A stretch of 64,000 nt of DNA from Candidatus Latescibacterota bacterium (GTDB lineage Bacteria; Latescibacterota; UBA2968; GCA-2709665): the NCBI GenBank assembly GCA_965222075.1, contig OZ244937.1, positions 256,001 through 320,000 of the forward strand. Reading direction: 5' to 3'. Under the pieces are notes generated by a model. It was not told the DNA's origin and did not search any database. It saw only the letters and a list, made by a program, of their open reading frames with translations. Shown here piece by piece: positions 41,850 to 51,724 of this stretch (position 1 is the stretch's first letter; each line of letters begins with the position of its first letter). A program made the position numbers and the translations under genes.

Positions 41850-41972
41850 GTGCCCAATGATCGTCCGTTTCGCGCCGACATGGTTGATTCGATAAAAGTT
41901 GCGATTCGCCATATTCAGACCTTCTATGCCGATCAGATGCAAGTGGCGGGCTACGGCAACAGAACCTTCCGC
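41850..41972 (+). pseudogene. fragment of the N-terminal domain of the WD40-metalloprotease family
   Basis: VPNDRPFRADMVDSIK..FYADQMQVAGYGNRTFR matches LPNDRPFRADVVDSMK..FYAEQMQAHGYGDMTFR of 51725..56347. Confidence 0.75.
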
Positions 41973-41989
41973 CACACTTCCTAACAAAA

Positions 41990-42258
41990 GGGAGTGGGAG
42001 AGGATTTGTCGGCGAACGCGGCCTTGAAGGCGCTGGGGACGATCAAGCTGGTGGAGTGCGAGACGGAGGAGGGAACCAAGCAGCGCATCGTGACGCGAGC
42101 GTTCCGAGCAGGCGGTCAAGATCTTGAAGACGCTAAAGATCATGCGCCGTGTTCAGCCTCGTCCATGCCGCCTGCCAGTCACGGCGACAGCCGCTTGGGG
42201 TGAGAAAAAACCCCGTGTTGATCGCAACAGACTTAAGCGGCCAACCGTCATACACGGG
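41990..42258 (+). mobile_element. possible IS1634-like transposase C-terminal remnant
   Basis: DLSANAALKALGTIKLVE..RIVTR resembles IS1634 C-termini; recognised from memory only. Confidence 0.4.
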
Positions 42259-42341
42259 CTAAGGTGAGCTTGAATAACATCTTAGGATATACATCTTCGC
42301 CCCCAAAACAGTGCAGGCCAGTAACGGGATAGCAAAGGATT

Positions 42342-45300
42342 ATGCCAGTGAAAGTGACCGATGAAGTCGTATCTAAGGACGACCCTGGCCGTCGAGGTCA
42401 GATCATTCGGGGGCCACGCAAGCGCTCCGACGGAAATGTCTTTCTCATACGTTGGGACGATAACACTACCAGTTGGGCACCGGAGTACTCGTTGGTAGTC
42501 GCGAGCGAAGAGTCTGAAGACCCCTTTGAACTTCTAGAAAAAAAACGCTTCGGCAGGGCAAACGATCTGCGCCGCAATCTCACGTTTATCCAGCTTAGCG
42601 GGAGGCTGGCCAATGTCGTATACGGCATGGACACAACGAACACCGAGTTCCTGCCGTACCAATACAAGCCCGTACTCACCTTCTTAGAATCTCCCTCGAA
42701 GGGGCTTCTTATTGCTGACGAGGTAGGGCTGGGAAAAACTATTGAAGCTGGCTTGATCTGGACCGAACTTCGCGCCAGATACGACGCACGCCGACTCGTC
42801 GTCGTTTGTCCTGCAATGCTCCGTGACAAGTGGAGTCTTGAGCTTGCAAACAGGTTCGGTGTCGACCCGGTCCAACTGAACGCTGCCGAACTCGCAGATG
42901 AGCTTCATAAGAACAAGAACGATACTCCAGAGAATAAAGGATTTATATGCAGCCTACAGGGGATAAGACCGCCGACAGGGTGGAGAGACAAGCAACTCGC
43001 AAACGGCCGGATTCGCCTGGCTAGACGGCTGGACGAGTTGACGGAATTAGAGCCCGCCATCGACCTATTGGTCATCGACGAAGCACATTACATGCGCAAC
43101 CCGGAGACACGTAGCGCGGCACTAGGAAGGATGCTGCGTGAGGTGAGCGAGCACATTGTCTTGCTATCGGCGACGCCGATCAATAACCGCGAGGACGACC
43201 TGTACCAACTCCTACGGCTGATTGACCCTGATTCATTTTACACGCGTGACCTCTTCCCACAGGTGCTGTCTGCAAACGAGCCACTGCTGCGCGCCCGCAA
43301 TCTTGTACTCGACCACCGGTCCACTGGCACGGAGATTACCAACGAACTCCGCGTCGCGATGCGCCACCCTCTACTCGTAGAGAACCGCCAGCTTCAAGGA
43401 CTTATCAAGGAGAACTTCGACAAACATTTTCTTGAAGAGCCAGGCAACCGTGTAGGTATCGCAAATCGCATTGATCGTATCAATCTATTGCGGCACACGA
43501 TCAATAGAACGCGAAAGCAGGAAGTCGAAGAGTGGAAGGTCATCCGTGAGCCACATGACCATTTCGTGGATTTAGATCCCGACGGGCCGGAGTGGGATTT
43601 TTACCATAAGGTCACGCATTCCATCAGATGTTATGCGTTTGAGCAAGGTATCAGCGACGGGTTTCTGCTATCGACTCCGCAGCGCCAAATGGCGAGCTGC
43701 ATGTACGCCGCTGCCAAGAGTTGGCGGGACACTTCTTCGCTCAAAGATGTGCCAAATCTTATTTATGAAGACCTCGGTGACCTCCGTAAGGCCGATACAA
43801 ATCCCGAAGATGCGCGTCCTTTGATCGAGCACATCGCCACAGAAGTGTTGCCTGGTTTCGACTTTGAAAGGCTGAAGGCAGAAGATTCCAAGTTCGACGC
43901 ATTTAAGCGCATAGTACACGAGTATCTGGACAGCAACCCAGGCGAGAAAGTTATCGTTTTCTCGTACTTCAAGGCCACCTTGCACTATCTTGAGGAGCGC
44001 TTCTCGTACTTAATGGTCCCGGTACAGGTTTTGCATGGCGGCGTCATGGAGAACAAACAAGAAGCTCTCAACCGATTCCGAGATGGAGATACACGAATCC
44101 TTCTCACTTCCGAGGTCTCAAGTGAGGGTGTTGACCTTCAGTTCTGCAGTTTCATAGTCAACTACGATTTACCTTGGAATCCGATGAAAATCGAGCAGCG
44201 TATCGGCCGTATCGACCGCATCGGGCAAAAAGCCGACAAGGTGTTGATCTGGAATCTCGGCTACGCCAACACGATCGACGAGCGGATCTACATTAGACTC
44301 TTGATCAAGCTCAAGATCTTTGAGCGCGCGTTGGGTGGAATGGAAGTCGTACTGGGTGAGAAAATCTCCGAACTGACAAGTGATTTGATGCGCCTGGAAC
44401 TCACACCGGAGCAAGAGGAAGAACGCATTGACCAAGCATTCATGGCCATCGAGAACGTGAAGAGACAACAGGACGAATTGGAAGCGAAGGCAGCCCATTT
44501 GATTGCCTACGGGGATTACATTCTCGAGCGGGTGAAGGCGGCGCACGAGTTTAAGAGACGCATTACGGATGAGGACCTCAAGGCGTACGTCAAAGACTAT
44601 CTCGACCGTCATGCCAAAGGTTTCGTCTTCACGGAAAGTGATAAGGATCCCCTGACGGTCGATATTCGGCTCTCGCCGAATCTTGCAACCCGCTTTGACG
44701 ACTTTGTCCGTCAGTCGCGCCTCCAAGGGCAGAGCCGCTTAACCTACGGGCGTACAGTACGATGCCAGTTCTGGAACAAGATCGATCGATTCACTCCCCA
44801 GAGAGAGATCGTCAGTCAGTTTCATCCCTTTGTCCGCTTCATCAGCCAAGAGCTACGGGAGCGCGCGGAGAAATTCTGTCCGCTTGTAGCGCTTACCGTG
44901 CCCAAACGAGCAGCACCGTACTTAACAAAGAGCACGTACGCATTCTCTGCGAAGCGCTGGTCGTTCAGCGGCCTGAGGACCGACGAGGAACTTCACGCGC
45001 GTGCGATCAACATAGAAAACAGCGACGATAATCTCGATTCGGATCAGTCTTGGGACCTGGTGAACGCAGCGAAAGTGGAAGGCTCCGACTGGTTGTCGAT
45101 TGCTAACGACATCGACGACATCGACAAGATAGCGTGCATCTTCGATAAGTGCGATATTCAACTAGAAAAAGACTACGCAATCACCAAACGCGACCGCAGG
45201 AACGAAAATGATGATCGGGTAGCGTTTCAGATTCAGACTGCAAGTCGGCATCGAGACCGTCTTCTCAAATCCCAAAACGAGCTTCTTGCACGTTACCGAG

Positions 45301-45455
45301 AACAAAACCAACAGCGGCTAATTCCGATGACAGAGGGACGTATCCGGTCAATCGAGAGGAAGTTCGAAAATCAAATTGAACGATTTCATCAACGGGGACA
45401 GATGTCAGCATCCGTCGCCGACATCTGCTACGGGATAATCCGGGTCACAGACTGA
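42342..45455 (+). CDS. SNF2/RapA-like superfamily 2 helicase
   Basis: ADEVGLGKT, DEAH, LSATP, SEGVDLQ, YDLPWNP..EQRIGRIDR. Confidence 0.92.
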   Translation: MPVKVTDEVVSKDDPGRRGQIIRGPRKRSDGNVFLIRWDDNTTSWAPEYSLVVASEESEDPFELLEKKRFGRANDLRRNLTFIQLSGRLANVVYGMDTTNTEFLPYQYKPVLTFLESPSKGLLIADEVGLGKTIEAGLIWTELRARYDARRLVVVCPAMLRDKWSLELANRFGVDPVQLNAAELADELHKNKNDTPENKGFICSLQGIRPPTGWRDKQLANGRIRLARRLDELTELEPAIDLLVIDEAHYMRNPETRSAALGRMLREVSEHIVLLSATPINNREDDLYQLLRLIDPDSFYTRDLFPQVLSANEPLLRARNLVLDHRSTGTEITNELRVAMRHPLLVENRQLQGLIKENFDKHFLEEPGNRVGIANRIDRINLLRHTINRTRKQEVEEWKVIREPHDHFVDLDPDGPEWDFYHKVTHSIRCYAFEQGISDGFLLSTPQRQMASCMYAAAKSWRDTSSLKDVPNLIYEDLGDLRKADTNPEDARPLIEHIATEVLPGFDFERLKAEDSKFDAFKRIVHEYLDSNPGEKVIVFSYFKATLHYLEERFSYLMVPVQVLHGGVMENKQEALNRFRDGDTRILLTSEVSSEGVDLQFCSFIVNYDLPWNPMKIEQRIGRIDRIGQKADKVLIWNLGYANTIDERIYIRLLIKLKIFERALGGMEVVLGEKISELTSDLMRLELTPEQEEERIDQAFMAIENVKRQQDELEAKAAHLIAYGDYILERVKAAHEFKRRITDEDLKAYVKDYLDRHAKGFVFTESDKDPLTVDIRLSPNLATRFDDFVRQSRLQGQSRLTYGRTVRCQFWNKIDRFTPQREIVSQFHPFVRFISQELRERAEKFCPLVALTVPKRAAPYLTKSTYAFSAKRWSFSGLRTDEELHARAINIENSDDNLDSDQSWDLVNAAKVEGSDWLSIANDIDDIDKIACIFDKCDIQLEKDYAITKRDRRNENDDRVAFQIQTASRHRDRLLKSQNELLARYREQNQQRLIPMTEGRIRSIERKFENQIERFHQRGQMSASVADICYGIIRVTD

Positions 45456-45470
45456 GATAGGAGAAACTTC

Positions 45471-46862
45471 GTGCTTTTCAAACGGATCTTGGACATGTTC
45501 TCGCGCAATACCGCTTCTGCAGACGAGTCACAGTGGATTCTGACTGACCGCACGCAGATTGAGCCGTCCAAGTCCGGTGATTCGCCAATTCAACTGGTAG
45601 TGGGACTCGATTTCGGGACTTCGTTCACCAAGGTTGTGGTGGGCGAATCACGCATACACTATGCGGTACCGTTCGGTAAAATTTCCCTGGGCAAGAATCC
45701 ATATCTTCTGCCGTCTGCCGTTTCAATCGTGGGAAGAGGCGACGAATGTATGCTCGGCGTTTGCGGTGACGCGACACAAGTGTTCGACAATCTCAAGATG
45801 CCGCTTATTGACCGAAACTTCGGTGAGCAGGCACAAGGACGGGCGGTCGTATTCCTGGCACTCGTACTCCGCTATGTACGAGGTTGGTTCTTCAATACTC
45901 ATGGACAGACGTATAAAAACCGTGAAATCCATTGGTTTATGAATATTGGGCTTCCTACGGACAGCTACGACGACAAAGACCTCACCAATGTATACCGAAA
46001 CATTGTCCATGCAGCGTGGCGGTCGAGTGTTGTGCGAGGACCGATTTCTCTGAAGCGTAGCATCGACTATCTGAGCGTCGGCGATTCGCGGGTCAAGCGA
46101 TTACCGGCGGAGTTTTCGGACCGATTTCTTCAAGACGATCGAATTAATGTGTTCCCGGAGTTCGCCGCACAACTTACTGGCTACACTCGTTCGCCAAGAC
46201 ATCAGAAAGACCTGCATGCGATGATAGATGTAGGGGGCGGTACCTTTGATGTCACGGTTTTCAACGTCATTCAGAGGCAAGGAGAGGATCTTTTCCCAAT
46301 CTTTGCGCGGACTGTCCGGCCGCTTGGCCCCCGATACCTGGTTCGGCATCGTTTCGGAGCGCTCGGTTTACCCGATACCGATGAAATTTCGCCGTTCGAC
46401 GACCTTCCGGACGACAAGGAGTTTGCCGATTTGTGCAGGGTATCCGTTGGGCTCCTCGCTGAGGTCGACAAACCGTTTCAACGGAAGATTAGAGAGTGCA
46501 TCGGCAATGCGGTCCTATACACCAAGCAGAATCGCCATCCGGATTCCAGACATTGGAAATCGGGGCTTCCGACGTTTTTCTGCGGCGGTGCGACATCATC
46601 CGAGTTCTACTTGAGACTTCTTGCGATCTTCAAGGAGGAACGCTGCCCTTTCCGGTTGCTGTCCACGGACCTTCCCCAACCCGAGGACCTTGAGACGCCC
46701 CTGCTCGATGGTGCTTCTTACAATCGACTCGTGGTTGCATACGGGTTATCTTTCGACCCCTTCGATATTGGCGGGATTATCCAGAGGAACGATATTGACG
46801 ACATGAAACCTGCCCCTCCAATTGATTACACCGACCGGTATATCTCGAAGAACATGGTGTAG
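45471..46862 (+). CDS. actin/Hsp70-fold ATPase-like protein
   Basis: GLDFGTSFTKV, PEFAAQL, IDVGGGTFD, CGGA, VAYGLS. Confidence 0.75.
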   Translation: MLFKRILDMFSRNTASADESQWILTDRTQIEPSKSGDSPIQLVVGLDFGTSFTKVVVGESRIHYAVPFGKISLGKNPYLLPSAVSIVGRGDECMLGVCGDATQVFDNLKMPLIDRNFGEQAQGRAVVFLALVLRYVRGWFFNTHGQTYKNREIHWFMNIGLPTDSYDDKDLTNVYRNIVHAAWRSSVVRGPISLKRSIDYLSVGDSRVKRLPAEFSDRFLQDDRINVFPEFAAQLTGYTRSPRHQKDLHAMIDVGGGTFDVTVFNVIQRQGEDLFPIFARTVRPLGPRYLVRHRFGALGLPDTDEISPFDDLPDDKEFADLCRVSVGLLAEVDKPFQRKIRECIGNAVLYTKQNRHPDSRHWKSGLPTFFCGGATSSEFYLRLLAIFKEERCPFRLLSTDLPQPEDLETPLLDGASYNRLVVAYGLSFDPFDIGGIIQRNDIDDMKPAPPIDYTDRYISKNMV

Positions 46863-47006
46863 CCCGAAGTTCCCTCGAATGGGCTGATCTATATAGTTGA
46901 TCATAAAAGACAAATTCAGAGATTTTATGTGTGGTTGACTGCGAACGTCCGAATCCGCTTTGAAATCGAAAGCATTTTGCAAGATACATTGGCCGATTGC
47001 GAGCGG

Positions 47007-47079
47007 CCTGCCTCTGCCTGTGACGAAGGCCTGCTTACCTCTCCCGGTAGGCAGGCCGGCCGGATGCCCGGTAGGCAGA
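47007..47079. repeat. degenerate compound micro-element cluster
   Basis: Contains CCTGCTTACC-tctccc-GGTAGGCAGG (47030-47055) plus extra CCTGCC/GGCAG arms; same right flank as 57211 and 61710. Confidence 0.6.
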
Positions 47080-47515
47080 CGCAAACAGAGCAGCGAACAG
47101 TACCCCGTTCCGTATATTCGTTTACTTCAAAAGATCGCTCGGGAAACAGATTGGGAGACGCTTCCTCTCCACTTGCAGGATGCCGTTGACGCCATGTTAA
47201 TGGAAGAATCGAATGAGGAAAATAGCGAAACGCGGCCTTTGCGAGATTTGCTCCGTGAGACCGGAGAAGCACCTTAGCAATGGCTTACGCTGTTCACATG
47301 CATTCGGCTGCAGAACAAGGACGCCGTCTGGTACAGGGCCATATTAGCCACCGCCGCACCCTGCTGATGAGTACGGCAAGGTGGCGGATGTGCGGGAGTT
47401 GGTGGGGGGGTAGGGGGCAGTTTATTGCCTCGAACGGGGCGAAACCGAAGGTCATTTGGAGATGGACTGAATGAACGATCCTTGCAGAAGCGGACCGATT
47501 GCAATGGAGGTACCG

Positions 47516-47824
47516 ATGTCAGAGATGCTCGAAAGCAAGCTCGACGCCATCGCGAAAGCCTGCAAACGCCATGGCGCAACTCGGTTGGATGCCTTCGGAT
47601 CGGCTCTGCGCGATGACTTCCAGCCTGGTCGGAGCGATGTGGATCTATTGGTCGAACTTGGCCCGATGGAACCCTATGCTCGAGTCGATGCCTACTTCGG
47701 CCTGCTGGAAGACCTGAGAGCCATACTGGGGGAGCAAGTGGATCTGGTCGTTTCAGGAGCCGTGAAGAACCGCTATATCGCTCGTGAAATTGAGCAGACA
47801 AAAGAGTTACTGTATGCCGCGTGA
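47516..47824 (+). CDS. mntA: minimal nucleotidyltransferase antitoxin (MNT)
   Basis: FGSALRDDFQPGRSDVDLLV (GSx10DxD), VDLV; GGAGG RBS. Confidence 0.85.
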   Translation: MSEMLESKLDAIAKACKRHGATRLDAFGSALRDDFQPGRSDVDLLVELGPMEPYARVDAYFGLLEDLRAILGEQVDLVVSGAVKNRYIAREIEQTKELLYAA

Positions 47825-48182
47825 TGCAAGAGCCTACCTGTCTGACGTGATCGAGGCCTGCGACGCTATCACCAACGCAGTCCGCGGCCTCGATTTGCGG
47901 AGCTACGCAGGCAACCGGCTCGTCCGGTCCTCGGTAGAGCGTGAGTTCATCATTATCGGCGAGGCTCTTGGGGCTCTTAACCGCCTGTCGGAGGAGACCT
48001 TCGGCAGCATCACACAGGCTCGGCGAATCGTGGACTTTCGCAATCAATTGACTCATCAGTATCCAAGCGTGGATGACGCTATCGTCTGGGCGATCATCGA
48101 GCGGGATGTTCCGGTGCTGCGCGGGGAGTGTGCGGGGCACTTTCACCGCATGAGCCCACCCGCTGAATCGGCACCGGAATAA
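47814..48182 (+). CDS. hepT: HEPN (DUF86) ribonuclease toxin
   Basis: IIGEAL, FRNQLTHQY (Rx4HxY); overlaps the MNT gene. Confidence 0.85.
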   Translation: MPRDARAYLSDVIEACDAITNAVRGLDLRSYAGNRLVRSSVEREFIIIGEALGALNRLSEETFGSITQARRIVDFRNQLTHQYPSVDDAIVWAIIERDVPVLRGECAGHFHRMSPPAESAPE

Positions 48183-48239
48183 GGAACGCGACGGCGGCGC
48201 GAACACTCAACCGACCCCATCGCTCGCATCCTGGTGCCA

Positions 48240-48468
48240 CAAGGAAATATCAACACCCCTGAAAGGCATACGTATGGGTTCACTTCTTGGTCGTTTTCGC
48301 AGAATGGAAAAAGCCTCGCCTAAGGGTCATGTGATGGTACGATTCTGCTGTGGGATACGTCGCCGTATATCACCCCTCAAACCCTTGGTCCCGACTTTGA
48401 TGGCGATGGGACTGTTGGCTTTGGCGATTTTGTGCAGTTTGCAGGCGTGTTCGGGTTAAGTTAAGGCG
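48240..48468 (+). pseudogene. decayed WD40 / EF-hand-tail fragment
   Basis: ..DGTILLWDTSPYITP..PDFDGDGTVGFGDFVQFA.. with stops. Confidence 0.7.
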
Positions 48469-48570
48469 GCGGCCAATGCCGATATGTGACTGTCGAAGTC
48501 CAGGATGCGGTAGAGAATTCAGAAGAACGCCAGGGGAGGTTTGCAGAGGGCCTGGCGCAGGAGGGGCTTT

Positions 48571-51237
48571 ATGAATCCGGAGGTGAAACATCCGGTTTTT
48601 TTTATGCGGGTGGACAATTCTCTGAGGGCCAGGAAGGTCTGGGAGATGGACCTGGAGGCGGCGCAGGAGGAGGCCGGGGTGGTGATGGGGATTGGTGATG
48701 AGACGCTGGATGCGTGGAATCCGCCGCTGGCCTGTTTTCTGACGGTGGGGTGTCCTCACTGCACGCTTGAGGACCGACACAGGAGCTACCACTTCTCGTG
48801 GACGCCGGAGGAGCCGGAGCGGACGGTGTGTACGTTCTGCGGCCACGCGTATCCCAGTAAGGAGCATCCGTTGGACGAGGTGACGGAGGTGGTCTCTCCG
48901 GCCGGTACAGCGCAGCAATATCCCTATTTTCCGGGGAAGGACGGGCGGCGGTATTATATGGAATCTCAGCTGTACAATATCCGGCGGTTCTGGCTGCGGC
49001 AGCAGGCGGCGCTTTTGGCGCACCTTTACCGGGAGACGGGAGAGACGGATTATGCCCGGAAGGCGGGGGCGATTATCAGGCGTTTTGCCGGGGTTTATCC
49101 CGAGATTCCGGTTCACGGGCCGGGAGAGCTGGCGAGTCCGGTTCTTTACGAGGTGGAGATTCTGCCGGTGCCACCGGACGGGGTGCAGCCGGTGCCGGAG
49201 GCTTTCGGGCCCGAGGCGGGCAGGACGTACGACCCGCCCTACCCGAGGGCTTCGACCCGCTCCGGGTTGTGGAACCGGTATCCGTACGACGAGGTTCCGC
49301 TTTCGCTGATTCTTGCGTACGATCAGGTTGCCGGGGCGCTTGAGGCTGCTGACCGGGGCCTGATCGAAGATTATTTCCGGCAGACGGTGAATTATCTGAG
49401 AACCTATCCCCACTACCTGGGGAATTACGATCCGATGCAGGCAAAGTGGGAGATCGTGTGCGGGCGCGTGATTGGGGAGCCGGCGTTCGTACACGGAGGG
49501 ATTGCCCGGTTGAAGCTGATGATGCAGCATGTGTTCTATCCCGATGGGATGTGGTGCGAGGGCGCGCCGCTGTACAGTTCGGCGGTTTTTCAGTTTCTGT
49601 GTGATGCCCTGAGAAGCGTGGAAGGCTACAGGGGCAGGGAGGACGGGCTGCCTGATGCCGGGTTTGCGTCCGAAGCGATGAGGGGTATCGCCCACGTGAG
49701 GGGCGCGCTGGAGAAGATGGTGGTTCCGGATGGGAGTCTGGCCAGTGTGTACGATACGTTTGGCGCTTCGCTTTACACAAAAGGTGAGAAGGAGACCTAT
49801 TTTGAACACGCGCCGCCGGCCGAGTCGGAGCCGTCGCTGCTGTGGGCGTGCGGGCATGCTGCGCTGGGGATGGGGCAGGGCGACCATCAGGTGCAGGCGC
49901 GGCTTCAGTTTATGGGGAGCGGGACGTTTTCACACAGCCATAACGACCGGTTGAGTCTCCAGGTGTTCGCCAGAGGGCGGGAGATGGTGTCCGATATCGG
50001 GTATTCGCAGAATACGCTTCGTCCCTATGCCACGTGTACGTTTGCGCACAATCTGGTGATGGTGGATGAGTCGAGCCAGTTTATCGGGTATTCGCCCGTG
50101 GGCGGGGCGTTGATCGCCTATGGAGATGGACATCCCCGGGTGCAGTTTGTGAGCGTGAGGGCACCGCAGGCGTACCCACAGACACGGGAGTACCGGCGTT
50201 CCCTGGTGCTGGTGAAGGTTTCGGAGGAGGATGCCTATCTGGTGGACCTTTTCGAGGTGAAGGGCGGGGCGCAGCACGACTGGCTGCTGCACGGGGACGC
50301 GGACCGGGACAGCGCGCTTGTGTCCGAGCTTGAGATGGAGGATCTGGAGGGGGCGCTTTTTGCGTCGGGGGAGACGTTCAGGATGTGGGATTCCGAGACG
50401 GGGTTCAAAGGGGGCCCCGGCGTGAGGCATCCGGACAATATCAAGAATGCGCTGGGGATGGTCCGGCAGGTTCGGAACACCCGGACCGATGATGCCTGGA
50501 CGGCCACCTTCAGGCCATCGCCGGATGACGGTACCGCACTCCGGCTCTGGATGATGGGAGAGAAAGGGACGGAGGTGTTCTTCGGGGAGATGCCGTCGGT
50601 CCGGCGCGCGGGGGACCGCAATGCTGAACTGCTGGATTACTGGATGCCACTGGTGATGGCGCGGCAGAAGGGAGAGGATCTGGAGAGCAATTTTCTGGCC
50701 GTTCACGAACCTTATCAGGGTGTGCCGTTTATCACGTCCGTTTCGCGGGAGGGCCGGGCGCTGGTTGTGAAGACGCCGGGGTTCACGGATGTTCATCTTT
50801 TGGGTGGGGGGAATGCGACGTACGAGATGGCGGGGTGTTACGGGTTTCTCCGGGTGGTGGACGATGCGGTTGTTTCGGCGTATCTGGCGGATGGGACAAG
50901 GCTTGGGTTCGGGGAATTTTCGCTGGCGCTTCCCGAAGCGGCGGAGGGTGTTGTACTCGGAGTCGAGGGGGTGACGCTCTGCTTGTCGGGGAAGGTGGAT
51001 CTTGAGAATGCCGAACGGATCTACCTGTTTTTTCCGGGGGGACAGAGATATGCGATTCCCGTCCGGGAGGTGCGACATGGGGATAAGGACAGTGTGGCGG
51101 TGCTGGCGTACGATCCCCGGTTTACGCTTTCAGAGGATGGCCGCAAGGGGCGGTTGACCGCGTTTCCAGGTGAGGCGTTTGAGGGAGAGGTTCGGTACCG
51201 GGTTCCGAGGTACGGGGGATGTTGGGCGCCGACGTAA
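48571..51237 (+). CDS. heparinase II/III-like lyase, copy 2
   Basis: Near-identical to 37499..40165 (11 aa differences); offset 11072 bp. Confidence 0.8.
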   Translation: MNPEVKHPVFFMRVDNSLRARKVWEMDLEAAQEEAGVVMGIGDETLDAWNPPLACFLTVGCPHCTLEDRHRSYHFSWTPEEPERTVCTFCGHAYPSKEHPLDEVTEVVSPAGTAQQYPYFPGKDGRRYYMESQLYNIRRFWLRQQAALLAHLYRETGETDYARKAGAIIRRFAGVYPEIPVHGPGELASPVLYEVEILPVPPDGVQPVPEAFGPEAGRTYDPPYPRASTRSGLWNRYPYDEVPLSLILAYDQVAGALEAADRGLIEDYFRQTVNYLRTYPHYLGNYDPMQAKWEIVCGRVIGEPAFVHGGIARLKLMMQHVFYPDGMWCEGAPLYSSAVFQFLCDALRSVEGYRGREDGLPDAGFASEAMRGIAHVRGALEKMVVPDGSLASVYDTFGASLYTKGEKETYFEHAPPAESEPSLLWACGHAALGMGQGDHQVQARLQFMGSGTFSHSHNDRLSLQVFARGREMVSDIGYSQNTLRPYATCTFAHNLVMVDESSQFIGYSPVGGALIAYGDGHPRVQFVSVRAPQAYPQTREYRRSLVLVKVSEEDAYLVDLFEVKGGAQHDWLLHGDADRDSALVSELEMEDLEGALFASGETFRMWDSETGFKGGPGVRHPDNIKNALGMVRQVRNTRTDDAWTATFRPSPDDGTALRLWMMGEKGTEVFFGEMPSVRRAGDRNAELLDYWMPLVMARQKGEDLESNFLAVHEPYQGVPFITSVSREGRALVVKTPGFTDVHLLGGGNATYEMAGCYGFLRVVDDAVVSAYLADGTRLGFGEFSLALPEAAEGVVLGVEGVTLCLSGKVDLENAERIYLFFPGGQRYAIPVREVRHGDKDSVAVLAYDPRFTLSEDGRKGRLTAFPGEAFEGEVRYRVPRYGGCWAPT

Positions 51238-51339
51238 ATGAAGGGGGAGATTGGGCGTTTCAGTGTGGATAAACTGGTTAATATGCTGACGCGGGCGGGG
51301 ATGCAGGTCGAAATTTACGTCAAGCCACAAGCAGCTTAA
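51238..51339 (+). pseudogene. C-terminal remnant of XRE/HTH antitoxin
   Basis: MKGEIGRFSVDKLVNMLTRAGMQVEI resembles HTH_37/HigA-like C-termini. Confidence 0.5.
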
Positions 51340-51359
51340 TCCAATAGGAGACAAACTTG

Positions 51360-51611
51360 ATGAACGAATCAGCAATCCGACTCCGTATCGAGCCACTGGA
51401 CGAAGGTGGTTTCCTGGCCACGAGTCCCGATGTCCCGGGCCTGGTTGCGGAAGGACGTAGCGTCACCGAGGCCGCCGAGATTGCGCAAGGTCTGGTACGC
51501 AAGATTGCAGAGTCGTGCATTGAGCACGGAGACCCGCTTCCTGGTGCATTGGCGACGCTCCCGGAGGGCAACGCCTCAATTGATCTGCTGGTACCCGTCA
51601 GCGTGCCGTAA
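51360..51611 (+). CDS. hicB: HicB-family antitoxin
   Basis: EGGFLATSPDVPGLVAEGRSVTEA..HGDPLP; followed by a truncated HicA-like start MGRLPGFKYR at 51611. Confidence 0.85.
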   Translation: MNESAIRLRIEPLDEGGFLATSPDVPGLVAEGRSVTEAAEIAQGLVRKIAESCIEHGDPLPGALATLPEGNASIDLLVPVSVP

Positions 51612-51724
51612 TGGGGCGGCTCCCCGGGTTCAAGTATCGACCTGTAACGAAGTCAGACCGGGGTGCCCACGCATCCGGCGATCATAAGGGTCGGATGTTT
51701 GTCACTTGAATGGAGCAGGGGCCA

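Noticed and set aside
42342-45455. Naming the helicase rapA, drmD or zorD
   Set aside because: Motifs are shared across SNF2 subfamilies and the partner genes of those systems are absent
46960-47277. 105-aa ORF
   Set aside because: Chimera of element cluster, AAA leader and the 3' half of the 58974 gene; not a coherent gene
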